DNA of 64,000 nt from Dehalococcoidia bacterium (GTDB taxonomy: Bacteria; Chloroflexota; Dehalococcoidia; Lucifugimonadales; QGNO01), in NCBI GenBank assembly GCA_965116555.1, contig OZ220698.1, forward strand, positions 1,844,444-1,908,443, written 5' to 3'. How positions within the stretch are numbered: position 1 is the first letter of the stretch; each line of letters begins with the position of its first letter. Under the pieces are notes generated by a model that saw only the letters and a list, made by a program, of their open reading frames with translations, was not told where the DNA came from and did no database searches. Made by a program: the position numbers and the translations under genes. Of this stretch, positions 1 through 8,695 are shown piece after piece.

Positions 1-1479
1 GGGGGCAAGCTCGGCGTCTACCTGGAGCCCCTCGCCGCTCTGCTCTCCAAGAAGTCCGGCGTTCCCGTGAAGATGACCATGTCTAGGGCGGAGGTCTTCG
101 AGGCCACCGGGCCTACTTCCGGCACCCACGTCAAAGTCAAGATGGGCGTCACCAAGGACGGCCTCATCACAGCCGCCGAAGCCATTCTGGTCTACGAGGC
201 CGGAGCCTACCCAGGCTCCCCGCTGAGCCCGGGATGCCAGTGCATACTGGCACCCTACAACATCCCCAACGGTCGTATTGAAGGGTTCGACGTGGTGATC
301 AACGCGCCCAAGGTGCAGGCCTATCGAGCCCCGGGCGCTCCCTCCGCGGAGCTGGCCGCGGAAGTAGTGGTCGATGAGATATGCAGGAAACTGGATATGG
401 ACCCCATAGAGTTCCGCCGCATCAACGGCGCCAAAGAGGGAACAAGGCGCGTTACCGGCCCTCTCCATCCCAGGATAGGCTTCATGGAGGTTCTGCAAGC
501 CGCCAGTGACCACGACCACTACAACACCCCTCTGGAGGGCCCCAACCGCGGCCGAGGCGTCGCCGTGGGCTTCTGGTCCAACGGCACCGGCCCGGCCAGC
601 GCCATGGCCAGCGTCAACCCGGACGGCACCATCAGCTTGATGGAGGGTTCTCCCGACATCGGAGGCACCCGCACCGTGGCCGCCATGCACGTGGCAGAGG
701 TGCTGGGCATCCCCTCCTCAGACGTCAAGCCGCAGGTCGGAGACACCGACTCCGTGGGATACACCTCCTCCACCGGAGGCAGCAGCGTCGCGTTCAAGAC
801 GGGCTGGGCCTGCTACGAAGCCGCTCAGGACGTGAAACGCCAGCTGATCCGGCGCGCCGCCACGCTCTGGGAAGTGGACGAAGATGACATCGAGTACAAC
901 GATGCCAATCTCTACCACAAGTCGGACACGGCGCTCAACATCAGCTTGAAAGAGATGGCGGCTCAACTCAACTCCACCGGCGGTCCCATCGTAGGCAGCG
1001 CCAGCCTCAACCCCAGGGGCGCCGGGGGCGCTTTCGCCGCCCACATCGTGGACGTAGAGGTGGACCCGGACACGGGCAAGGTGACCATCCTCCGCTATAC
1101 CGCCGTCCAGGACGCCGGCAAGGCTATCCATCCCACCTACGTGGAGGGGCAGATTCAGGGCGGCGTCGCACAGGGCATCGGCTGGGCGTTGAACGAAGCC
1201 TACCACTTCACCGGCGACGGCCACATGATGAACCCCACCTATCTGGACTACCGCATGCCCACTTCGCTTGACCTCCCCATGATAGATACGGTGATTGTGG
1301 AGGTGGCCAATGAAGGACACCCCTACGGCGCGCGCGGTGTCGGCGAGGTGCCCATAGTGCCGCCCCTGGCCGCAATGGCCAACGCCATATGCGCCGCCAC
1401 GGGGCATCGCGTCAATGAGCTGCCTATGTCGCCGGACAAGGTGCTGGCCGCCGTGAAGAACGGCGGAAACGGCCGTTGA
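1..1479 (+). CDS. xanthine dehydrogenase / aldehyde oxidase / CO-dehydrogenase-family molybdopterin-binding large subunit, C-terminal part (5' end lies outside the window)
   Basis: Frame 1 is open from base 1 into the listed ORF 67..1479. Blocks such as VQAYRAPGAPS, GGVAQGIGWALNEA and HPYGARGVGEVPIVPP are typical of the C-terminal Mo-cofactor-binding domain of this family. Confidence 0.8.
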   Translation, partial: GGKLGVYLEPLAALLSKKSGVPVKMTMSRAEVFEATGPTSGTHVKVKMGVTKDGLITAAEAILVYEAGAYPGSPLSPGCQCILAPYNIPNGRIEGFDVVINAPKVQAYRAPGAPSAELAAEVVVDEICRKLDMDPIEFRRINGAKEGTRRVTGPLHPRIGFMEVLQAASDHDHYNTPLEGPNRGRGVAVGFWSNGTGPASAMASVNPDGTISLMEGSPDIGGTRTVAAMHVAEVLGIPSSDVKPQVGDTDSVGYTSSTGGSSVAFKTGWACYEAAQDVKRQLIRRAATLWEVDEDDIEYNDANLYHKSDTALNISLKEMAAQLNSTGGPIVGSASLNPRGAGGAFAAHIVDVEVDPDTGKVTILRYTAVQDAGKAIHPTYVEGQIQGGVAQGIGWALNEAYHFTGDGHMMNPTYLDYRMPTSLDLPMIDTVIVEVANEGHPYGARGVGEVPIVPPLAAMANAICAATGHRVNELPMSPDKVLAAVKNGGNGR

Positions 1480-1486
1480 TAACGCC

Positions 1487-1753
1487 ATGCCGGAGGTCTG
1501 GATCCCCATGCTCATGCGCAACCTCTCCGCGGGACGGCACAGGGTGGAGGTAGAGGGCGCTACGGTGCGGCAGGTCATAGAAAACCTGGACAAGCAGTTC
1601 CCTGGCATGAAGGAGAGGCTGATGGAGAACGGAAGCCTCATGCCAGGCATATCCGTCATCGTGGACGGTCAGCAGAGCCAGCTTGGTCTGTTGGAGCGGC
1701 TGGAAGAGGCCAGCGAAGTTCACTTTCTGCCCGCCATCGGCGGCGGCCTCTGA
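1487..1753 (+). CDS. MoaD/ThiS-family ubiquitin-fold small protein with a C-terminal ...AIGGGL
   Basis: 88 aa, starting 7 nt after the Mo-hydroxylase subunit. Size, a beta-grasp-like pattern and a glycine-rich C-terminus (GGG followed by one extra Leu) fit the family. Confidence 0.5.
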   Translation: MPEVWIPMLMRNLSAGRHRVEVEGATVRQVIENLDKQFPGMKERLMENGSLMPGISVIVDGQQSQLGLLERLEEASEVHFLPAIGGGL

Positions 1754-1783
1754 CACGGCAAGCAGGACAATTCGACAATAAAA

Positions 1784-1818
1784 GAGGAGGCGCTTCCCAG
1801 GGAGTGCCTCTTTCTTTG
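1784..1818 (+). terminator. putative intrinsic terminator after the MoaD-like gene
   Basis: Imperfect ~10-bp GC-rich stem (gaggaggcgct / agtgcctcttt, with G-T pairs) followed by tttctttg. Confidence 0.4.
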
Positions 1819-1844
1819 CAGAGCTTCTTCTAGAGGAGGTTGCC

Positions 1845-2345
1845 TTGATACGCAGCTTGAACGGAAAGACACCCAGGGTACACCCCACTGCCTTCGTCAG
1901 CGAGTTCGCCTACGTCGTCGGCGACGTTGAGATCGGCGAAAACTCAAGCATCTGGCCCGGCACCGTGATTCGCGGCGACGGCGGCACAATCACCATCGGC
2001 AAGAACACCAACGTCCAGGACAACAGCGTGGTCCACTCCGGCTCCATAGGCGACGGCGTGACCATCGGCCACAACGTCACCTGGCACGGCACAAGCCTCG
2101 GCGACAACTGCCTGGTGGGCAACGGCGCCACGGTCAACAGCCGCGTCGAAGTCGGGGAGCTTTCCATCATCGCCGCCGGCGCCGTGGTCTTGCCCAATGA
2201 GAAGGTGCCGCCGCGCAGCTTCATGGCCGGCGTACCCGCCGCGCTGCAGATGCAGATCCTGGACCGGCACGAACAGATGATAAGGGGCAACGCCCTTGGC
2301 CTGGTAAGGCAAGCCCAAGTCTACAAGGCGGAAGGGCTAGAATAA
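1845..2345 (+). CDS. gamma-class carbonic anhydrase-like / left-handed beta-helix (hexapeptide repeat) protein
   Basis: TTG start 6 nt after GAGGAGG. The N-terminus ...PRVHPTAFVSEFAYVVGDVEIGENSSIWPGTVIRGD and repeated hexapeptide pattern match the YrdA/PaaY-type family. Confidence 0.8.
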   Translation: MIRSLNGKTPRVHPTAFVSEFAYVVGDVEIGENSSIWPGTVIRGDGGTITIGKNTNVQDNSVVHSGSIGDGVTIGHNVTWHGTSLGDNCLVGNGATVNSRVEVGELSIIAAGAVVLPNEKVPPRSFMAGVPAALQMQILDRHEQMIRGNALGLVRQAQVYKAEGLE

Positions 2346-2393
2346 ATGCCTGAATCGTTCCATAATTGCTGAACCCCTTGTGAGGTATCGGCC

Positions 2394-2846
2394 ATGGCTA
2401 GAAGAAAGCGCCAAGAGAAATTCCACGAAAAGCACGCCTGGGTTCTACTCTTTGCCCTCAGCCTGTTCATTGCGGCCACCGCCGCTGTCGGCATAATCTC
2501 AGGCATAGACCGGACGGACTTCGAGCAGAGCACCAACCTAACCTGGGATGAAATGAAAACATTGAACCCAACCGTGTCCGACTACGTCCAGCGGGTGATC
2601 TGGCTCAACGGTGTCGCTTACCTGGGGCTTGGCCTTATCGCCGCCGTCCTCTCCTGGACCGCCTATCGCAGGGGAGAGCCGTACGCCTGGTTCGCCATGT
2701 GGGTGTTGCCACTGGCGCTGGCAGTGAGCGCCGCGGTCTTCGCCGTGGAAGACTCCGATCTGGCCTACTACTACGGGGGCTACACCCTCATAGCGGTGGT
2801 AGGCCTGCTGCTGCCCTACCGCAAGTTCTTCCCCGGACGGAGCTGA
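2394..2846 (+). CDS. hypothetical integral membrane protein (about 4 TM segments)
   Basis: 150-aa ORF with hydrophobic helices and a basic N-terminus (MARRKRQEKFHEKH). I recognise no family motif. Confidence 0.5.
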   Translation: MARRKRQEKFHEKHAWVLLFALSLFIAATAAVGIISGIDRTDFEQSTNLTWDEMKTLNPTVSDYVQRVIWLNGVAYLGLGLIAAVLSWTAYRRGEPYAWFAMWVLPLALAVSAAVFAVEDSDLAYYYGGYTLIAVVGLLLPYRKFFPGRS

Positions 2847-2862
2847 CGAGTCCCTCCACCAC

Positions 2863-2962
2863 CGTCGTTCTGCGAAGGCAGGAACCCAGGAGTGGGGTGG
2901 GGCGAGGAGAAGCACACACCCGATGTTGTCATTCTGAGAAGCATAGCGACGAAGAATCTCAG
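2863..2962. repeat. REP-like palindromic repeat modules (B-variant, then A)
   Basis: accgtcgttctgcgaaggcaggaacccagg is a B variant with stem gttc..gaac. gtcattctgagaagcatagcgacgaagaatctcag is module A. The same modules recur at 12064, 14680, 14753, 18941, 42362, 45363 and 45415. Confidence 0.7.
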
Positions 2963-3091
2963 ACCTCCCGTTTACCCTCGCCGCTGGGGCGTTCGCGGTC
3001 ATTTCCGTTGCTTTGGATGCGGTGATACAATCCAATCACAGTCAACGGTACAGGCTCGACCAAGACCCCTATAACCCATTAGGAGAACAAA

Positions 3092-3559
3092 ATGACACAA
3101 ACCAACCTGGAAGAGATGATCACTCAAATGGAGCAAGCCGTCGAGGAAGGCCTGGCCTACCTGGAGGAGGCCGGCGGCGGCGCAAGCCCGCAAGTAGACC
3201 GCTGGACCGCCAAGGAGGTGCTGGCCCACATGGTCTACTGGCACCGCGCCTCCCTGCAGGGCATGGAATCGGTGGCCGGCGGCGGGCCGCCGTTCCAGGT
3301 GCCAGCCTCATCCGATGAGATAAACGACGAAATAGTCGATGAACTCTCCGAGACTTCCGTTTCTTCAATGGCGGAAGAGCTCAGGGACCTCCAGAAACGG
3401 CTGTCCGCCGCGGCCCGGGCTGTGCCCAACATTGACGACACCGTCTTTATTCGCGTCACCGGCCAGACCTTCTCCACCCGTATCCGCATCGAAACCATTA
3501 CACATCACTGGAGAGACCACGTCCGCGAACTACAAGCGGCCGCTTCTCCTTCATCTTGA
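3092..3559 (+). CDS. DinB/ClbS-like four-helix-bundle family protein (tentative)
   Basis: 155 aa with AGGAGA SD. The W..KEVLAHMVYWH and ...ITHHWRDH histidine-bearing helix pattern resembles DinB-superfamily proteins. Confidence 0.45.
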   Translation: MTQTNLEEMITQMEQAVEEGLAYLEEAGGGASPQVDRWTAKEVLAHMVYWHRASLQGMESVAGGGPPFQVPASSDEINDEIVDELSETSVSSMAEELRDLQKRLSAAARAVPNIDDTVFIRVTGQTFSTRIRIETITHHWRDHVRELQAAASPSS

Positions 3560-3584
3560 CCAGCATCACCCCATGCGATAATCT
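3556..3584 (+). promoter_or_regulatory. putative sigma70-type promoter of hotdog paralogue 1
   Basis: TTGACC (3556-3561), 17-nt spacer, then TAATCT. Alternatively GATAAT with a 15-nt spacer. About 30 nt upstream of the SD/ATG at 3613. Confidence 0.35.
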
Positions 3585-3612
3585 CCCCTTTTAAGCTACA
3601 GAGGAGGCTTAG

Positions 3613-4962
3613 ATGGCAACTCAGGAAACCTTTGAAGAAGCAGTAGCCGAATTCATCTCCCGCTCCAAGGATCTCATCGACACCGAGTCGGACGAGAATC
3701 TCCCCCCTTGGCCGCCTACGCCCTACGACCAGGACGGCCCTCCCTACGAGTTCTCGCAGCGGTTCACTCCGGATTTCATCAGGAAGTACGCCCTTACCAT
3801 CGCCGACGACAACCCGCTCTACACCGACCCCGACTACGGCAAGCACACCAAGTACGGCTCTCAGCTTGCCCCGGGCCCCATCCTGGCCCTCGTACGGTAC
3901 CCCTCGGTGCACGGCGCGACCAGGCCGGGAGGCTATCCGCTTGCCAACTTCATCTCCGGCGCAGCCTGGGAGTTCTACAACGTCATCCACGCCGGAGCCA
4001 AGTTCCGCTCGTCCAAGGAGACCAAGGAGATCTTCGAAAAGCCCGGTTCCAGGGGCAACCTCGTATTCATGATCTCCAACAACCACTACTGGGATTTCCA
4101 CGGAGACCTCATAGCCAAGTGCTACGGCACCCAGATATACGTTCCCATGCCCAGCATGGGCACCGGGCGCGTCATGTCCGCCGACCGCGTCGGCGAGCAC
4201 ATGCTCTACGAGCGCAAGGCCACCAGCTACTCACAGGAAGACATCGAGAAAACGCTTCAGGACGTGGGGAACATGAAGCGCCGCGGCGCGGATACGCTCT
4301 ACTGGGAAGACGTCAATGAAGGCGAAAGCATCGGGCCGCTGGTGCTGCCGCCCTGGACCCTTCTGGACCAAGTGGTATATCACTCCGTGGCCTGGGCCAC
4401 CATCTCCGGCCAGGACAACGCCGGCGACGTCCTCGCCTTCGAGCCTATGTACCACCGCCTGCGCCAGGGCTCCATCTTCGGCTCCATCACACATCCCCTG
4501 ATGCGGTGGCCGTGGACAATGAACACCGAGCACGAGGACGCCCTGCTCGCCGTGTTCCGAGGCCAGCCCGGCCCCTTCGACTTCGGTGTGCAGCGTTCCC
4601 AGATACCGCAGAAGATGTTCACCGACTGGATGGGCGACGACGGCTTCATCCGCCGCCTGCAGATGGCGTTCCGCAAGCCCGTCTACTATTCCGACACCAC
4701 CATCTACACAGGTGAAGTCGTAACGAAGTTCAAGGAAGTGCAGGAAGGCAGCGATGCCCCCGGCGCGGTGCCCGGCAAGAAGCAGTACTACGCAGTCGGC
4801 ATCAAGTACCAGGGCCTGAACCAGGTCGGCGAAGCCCAGGTTATAGGCACCGGCACCGTCTATCTGCCGTCCAGGGAAGCGGGCCCAGTGGAGCTGCCCA
4901 TCCCCCACGAGCCGCGGCCACCCTTCGTCCCCTACGAGACCTTCTACCGCGACTGGTACTAG
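3613..4962 (+). CDS. double-hotdog protein, paralogue 1 (N-terminal HadA/MaoC_dehydrat_N-like half; function unknown)
   Basis: 449 aa, with GGAGG 5 nt before the ATG. The block IRKYALTIADDNPLYTDP...YGSQLAPGP resembles the non-catalytic MaoC-dehydratase N-terminal family. Full-length paralogue of 15256..16602 and 17342..18721. Confidence 0.8.
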   Translation: MATQETFEEAVAEFISRSKDLIDTESDENLPPWPPTPYDQDGPPYEFSQRFTPDFIRKYALTIADDNPLYTDPDYGKHTKYGSQLAPGPILALVRYPSVHGATRPGGYPLANFISGAAWEFYNVIHAGAKFRSSKETKEIFEKPGSRGNLVFMISNNHYWDFHGDLIAKCYGTQIYVPMPSMGTGRVMSADRVGEHMLYERKATSYSQEDIEKTLQDVGNMKRRGADTLYWEDVNEGESIGPLVLPPWTLLDQVVYHSVAWATISGQDNAGDVLAFEPMYHRLRQGSIFGSITHPLMRWPWTMNTEHEDALLAVFRGQPGPFDFGVQRSQIPQKMFTDWMGDDGFIRRLQMAFRKPVYYSDTTIYTGEVVTKFKEVQEGSDAPGAVPGKKQYYAVGIKYQGLNQVGEAQVIGTGTVYLPSREAGPVELPIPHEPRPPFVPYETFYRDWY

Positions 4963-4984
4963 GCCGCTACTAAGCACAAGCAGA

Positions 4985-5020
4985 GAGGAGCGCCCTGAAC
5001 AGGGCGCTCCTCTTTTTATT
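4985..5020 (+). terminator. intrinsic terminator after paralogue 1
   Basis: Perfect 12-bp stem gaggagcgccct / agggcgctcctc, 4-nt loop, then tttttatt. Confidence 0.8.
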
Positions 5021-5049
5021 CGGATTAGGCCGCATAGGCCCACCCAAAC

Positions 5050-5874
5050 TCAGTTGCCTTTAGAACTAGAAATTGTCTGGGTCTCTTCGTAGCCGTACGA
5101 GTCAGAGGACAAGATTAGTTTACGTGGAGTCTCCGCATAGTATCGATTGTTCTTGTCCGCCAAGCGCTCTTCAATCAACCTGACTGTTTCGTGGGGCGTT
5201 CTCTCAGTGTAATGCACACTTACTACTGCCTCATTTGGTATCTGAATAAGATTTATGGGTTGGCCGCGTTGGTCAGTTTTCCCTGTACCAACGGTCCCAT
5301 TCAATTCTACTATCAAGCGCCATTCGTTTTCGTAAGACCAATAGGCACTTTTACAGGACAGGAGTTTCGGAAGATTGGATTCCGGTGAAACTAAGACGTT
5401 CGGCCCTATAATAGGGGGTGGCTGATCGCTGTACGTCACCTCTTGCAGACAACCCTTTGGGCCGGTAAGTTTGCTGAGCTTCTCAACATTGTAACCAATG
5501 ACGAAGCCAGAACCATCAACGGTGTAGTGCGACCACATTAGAGGATGGTGAGGATACATTGTAAAAGAGACTATACCGAATCTGGTTGAAACCTGTTCAG
5601 CAAACAACTGCCGCGTAAACAGGCTACCGTATTCTCGTCTAGCGCGCTGCACATCCTCTACGGCGATCGGTTTGCTTTCGTTGATCTCGGTGAGAACCCT
5701 TGCTAATTCGCGATCCTCTTCTGCTTTGTCCCGGAAGACGTACAGGGCCCAAACAGCACATTCGAAAGGGTCGTTGAGGGCTGCGGGTTGAGTGGCTCGA
5801 AGAGTCCCATCACCCACTTCTGGGATGCAGGTGAGGGCTCTCTCCGAGGTGACATATTTGTAAAGGGTATCCAT
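5050..5874 (-). CDS. DUF2971-family protein
   Basis: 274 aa. Has LYKYV at the N-terminus, LNDPFE, a ...FT....PLMWSHY block and a ...AYWSYENEWR block, which are the landmark motifs of DUF2971. G+C is visibly lower here (about 47% in a 60-nt sample, against about 62% in the neighbouring gene). Confidence 0.75.
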   Translation of the reverse strand: MDTLYKYVTSERALTCIPEVGDGTLRATQPAALNDPFECAVWALYVFRDKAEEDRELARVLTEINESKPIAVEDVQRARREYGSLFTRQLFAEQVSTRFGIVSFTMYPHHPLMWSHYTVDGSGFVIGYNVEKLSKLTGPKGCLQEVTYSDQPPPIIGPNVLVSPESNLPKLLSCKSAYWSYENEWRLIVELNGTVGTGKTDQRGQPINLIQIPNEAVVSVHYTERTPHETVRLIEERLADKNNRYYAETPRKLILSSDSYGYEETQTISSSKGN

Positions 5875-5949
5875 GATGTCCGACGATTCTACCCAGCATT
5901 ACCATTGCCTGACTAATTGTACATCATGCCCTTTGTAGTTTGATTGGTC

Positions 5950-7179
5950 CTACCGCGCCCACCACAGCCTTCTCAGCCAGCCCACTATCAACAGCGTCCC
6001 CACTACGCCCACCACCACGTTGAACGCCATGGCAATGGGAGCGCCCAGCGTCCCTGAGACGGCGCCCGCCACCAGCAGACCCATGGGCAGACCGTACACC
6101 GCCAGCGACCTTGCCCCCATCACCCGACCTCGCATCTCCTCCGGCGTCACCCTGATCAGCAGAGTGGCCATGGTCACCATGGTGAACGATTGAAATATGC
6201 CGACCACGAACAGCGACCCCATGGACAGGCTAACCCACGCGGAGTAGGCAAAGATAAGAAACACGCCGTGCCAGGCAAGGGACGACACCACAATGAACCG
6301 CCCGCCGCGCTGCAGCCAGGTCACTCCGGCCACCCCCAGAGAACCGACGAACGCCCCCGCAAACAGCGACGAGATCAGCCTGCCCAAGCCGTCCGGCCCT
6401 ATATCCAGCACCTCGTGCGCAAATACGGGGAGCAGCACGTCCTTCACCGAAAGCGACGTGTAGTTGACCAGGCACGCCATGAGCAGAAGCGCCAGCACCA
6501 CATCGCTGCGGCGTATGTAGCCTCCCGCCTCCGTGAGGTTACGCCACACCGACGTCTTGACTACGGAGCGGTCCCTGTGCGGCAGCCTCAGCATGTAACC
6601 CGCCGCCGCCGAGCTGACGTACGCAATCACCACCGGCACGTATGCCGGAGCTATGCCGTACCACTTCAAGATGACTCCCCCAACCAGCGGCCCTATCATT
6701 TGCATGATGTCCGTCGCCGACCGGGTCAGCCCAATGGCGTTGGCAAACTGGCGTCGTTCCACAACGTCCGCCGTCAAAACCTCCCGCATCACATTGCTGA
6801 ACGTCCGCGACAGCCCGGAGACGGTCGACAGCACAAAGATATGCCAGACCTGCAATGAATCCACGGCGGCCAGAAAGAGGATGGCTGCCGCCATCCCCGC
6901 CGAAACCAAGCGGCCTCCCACCATCAGCAGCCGCCTGTCGTACCTGTCCATCATCACGCCGTAAAGCGGCGCTACCAGGGTGCCCAGGAACCTCAGCGCG
7001 GCAAATATGCCCAGCAGAAACGGCTGCCCCGTCTCCACCAGGATCACCCAGGCCAGCACAACCGTCTCTATCTGGTCTCCCACGCGCGTCAGCGACTCGG
7101 CCGTAAGGAAGAAACGGAAGTTGCGCTGCTTGAAAGAGCTGAGTAGTAGAGAGCCTGCCATAGTGGGTTTCCGCATCAT
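5950..7179 (-). CDS. MFS transporter (MFS_3 / EntS-like subfamily)
   Basis: 409 aa with about 12 TM segments. N-terminal signature ...FKQRNFRFF...VGDQIETVVLAWVILVETGQPFLLG... is shared with the other three MFS genes in the window. Confidence 0.85.
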   Translation of the reverse strand: MMRKPTMAGSLLLSSFKQRNFRFFLTAESLTRVGDQIETVVLAWVILVETGQPFLLGIFAALRFLGTLVAPLYGVMMDRYDRRLLMVGGRLVSAGMAAAILFLAAVDSLQVWHIFVLSTVSGLSRTFSNVMREVLTADVVERRQFANAIGLTRSATDIMQMIGPLVGGVILKWYGIAPAYVPVVIAYVSSAAAGYMLRLPHRDRSVVKTSVWRNLTEAGGYIRRSDVVLALLLMACLVNYTSLSVKDVLLPVFAHEVLDIGPDGLGRLISSLFAGAFVGSLGVAGVTWLQRGGRFIVVSSLAWHGVFLIFAYSAWVSLSMGSLFVVGIFQSFTMVTMATLLIRVTPEEMRGRVMGARSLAVYGLPMGLLVAGAVSGTLGAPIAMAFNVVVGVVGTLLIVGWLRRLWWAR

Positions 7180-7299
7180 ATCAGAGGCGGCAACGGAGCG
7201 TGCCGCTCACACACAACTGTGTAAATCTCTTCCTACCATCTTTCGAAACACGCTAGGGGATGCAATAATGTTAGGCAACCTAGCCAAGAGGGGACGGTT

Positions 7300-8469
7300 A
7301 TGCGATCGATATTCTGGAAATCATCTGTACTGTTGGCCCTGTTGCTGCTCACGTTGGGCTGCACCGGCGGGGACTCGGACGAGCCCTACGCGATTGGCGC
7401 CATGGACGCGCTCACCGGGGTCGCCGAGTCCTACGGCAATCCGCTACTCAGAGCCAAGCTGCTTGCGGTGGAGGAGATAAATGCGGCTGGCGGCATCGAC
7501 GGTCGGATGCTGGAGCTGATTGTTGAGGACTCCAAGTGCGCCGCGCAGGACGCCATTATTGCCTACAACAAGCTGACGGACGTGGACGGCGTCAAGATCA
7601 TCCTGGGCGCCACCTGCAGCGGCTCTACGCTTGGCGCCGCGCCGCTGGCTGAGCAAGACGGCGTCGTCATGCTCTCGGCGTCGGCCACAAGTCCCGACAT
7701 CGCCTCCGCAGGCGACTACATCTTCCGCACCGCCATCAACGACCTCCAACTGGGCATCGATATCGGCAACACGCTATGGACGGACGGCGTCCGCACCATA
7801 GCCACCATCACCGAGTCCACCGACTACGCGGAGGGCGCTCGCAGCACGTCCGTAGCGCGGTTCCAGGAACTGGGCGGCTCCGTGGTCGCGGAGGAGGGTT
7901 TCTCCTCAGAAGTCATCGACTTCCGCAGCCAAGTGACGAAGCTGGTCAATGCGAATCCTGAGGCGATCCTTCTGGCAGTCCAAGGAGAGGCCGCTGGGGG
8001 GACCATTATGAAACAGGCCCGCGAGTTGGGCTACAACGGTCCCATCTACTCGGAGATCGTGCCCACGGGGCCCGAAGCTCTCAACATTGCCGGAGATGCC
8101 GCCACCGGCCTGAAGGCCATTATCCCCAACCCGGATTTGACCACCGCTGTCGGCAAGGACTTCCTGGCAAACTTCCGGGAACGCTACGGCACAGTCGCCA
8201 CGCTGCCCTGGTTCCAGGGTTCCGCCTATGACGACGTGTACATCGCCGCTGAGTGCCTGAAGGAGACCGGTGACGACCAGGACGCTGACGGCTTCCGGGA
8301 CTGCCTCAAAGGGCTCACCTGGAGCGGCGCCATTGGCGACAACTACAGCTTCGACGAGAACGGCGACGTCGTAGGCCTGTCTAACGTCGTTGTAGAGGTG
8401 CTGCCCATCGCCGAGCGTACCGAGGAGAACCTGGGCTACCGCGTGCTAGGCCCCGCAGCCATGCCGTAG
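7300..8469 (+). CDS. ABC transporter substrate-binding lipoprotein, branched-chain amino acid (LivJ/Leu-Ile-Val-binding) family
   Basis: Signal peptide plus lipobox (LLLTLGC). Periplasmic-binding type-I pattern IGAMDALTG...YGNP...A.EEINAAGGI.G...EL.VEDSKC. Confidence 0.85.
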   Translation: MRSIFWKSSVLLALLLLTLGCTGGDSDEPYAIGAMDALTGVAESYGNPLLRAKLLAVEEINAAGGIDGRMLELIVEDSKCAAQDAIIAYNKLTDVDGVKIILGATCSGSTLGAAPLAEQDGVVMLSASATSPDIASAGDYIFRTAINDLQLGIDIGNTLWTDGVRTIATITESTDYAEGARSTSVARFQELGGSVVAEEGFSSEVIDFRSQVTKLVNANPEAILLAVQGEAAGGTIMKQARELGYNGPIYSEIVPTGPEALNIAGDAATGLKAIIPNPDLTTAVGKDFLANFRERYGTVATLPWFQGSAYDDVYIAAECLKETGDDQDADGFRDCLKGLTWSGAIGDNYSFDENGDVVGLSNVVVEVLPIAERTEENLGYRVLGPAAMP

Positions 8470-8695
8470 AGCCGTGGATGCTGACAGCGGCCTTTAGCTG
8501 GCTGGCGTAGATGTAGATAGTATCAGGGGCCTATTCGGATGCGCTCCTTGTTTCGCTATGAGTAAATGATGCCGGGATACTTCGTGCCTGATTCCGAACC
8601 GAAGTCGACAGTAGCTGGCACGATCACGCACCATAGTTGTGCGCGGCGGATAAAACACGCCAGCCCGTATATCTCTCTGTACGCCCGCCTGCCGT

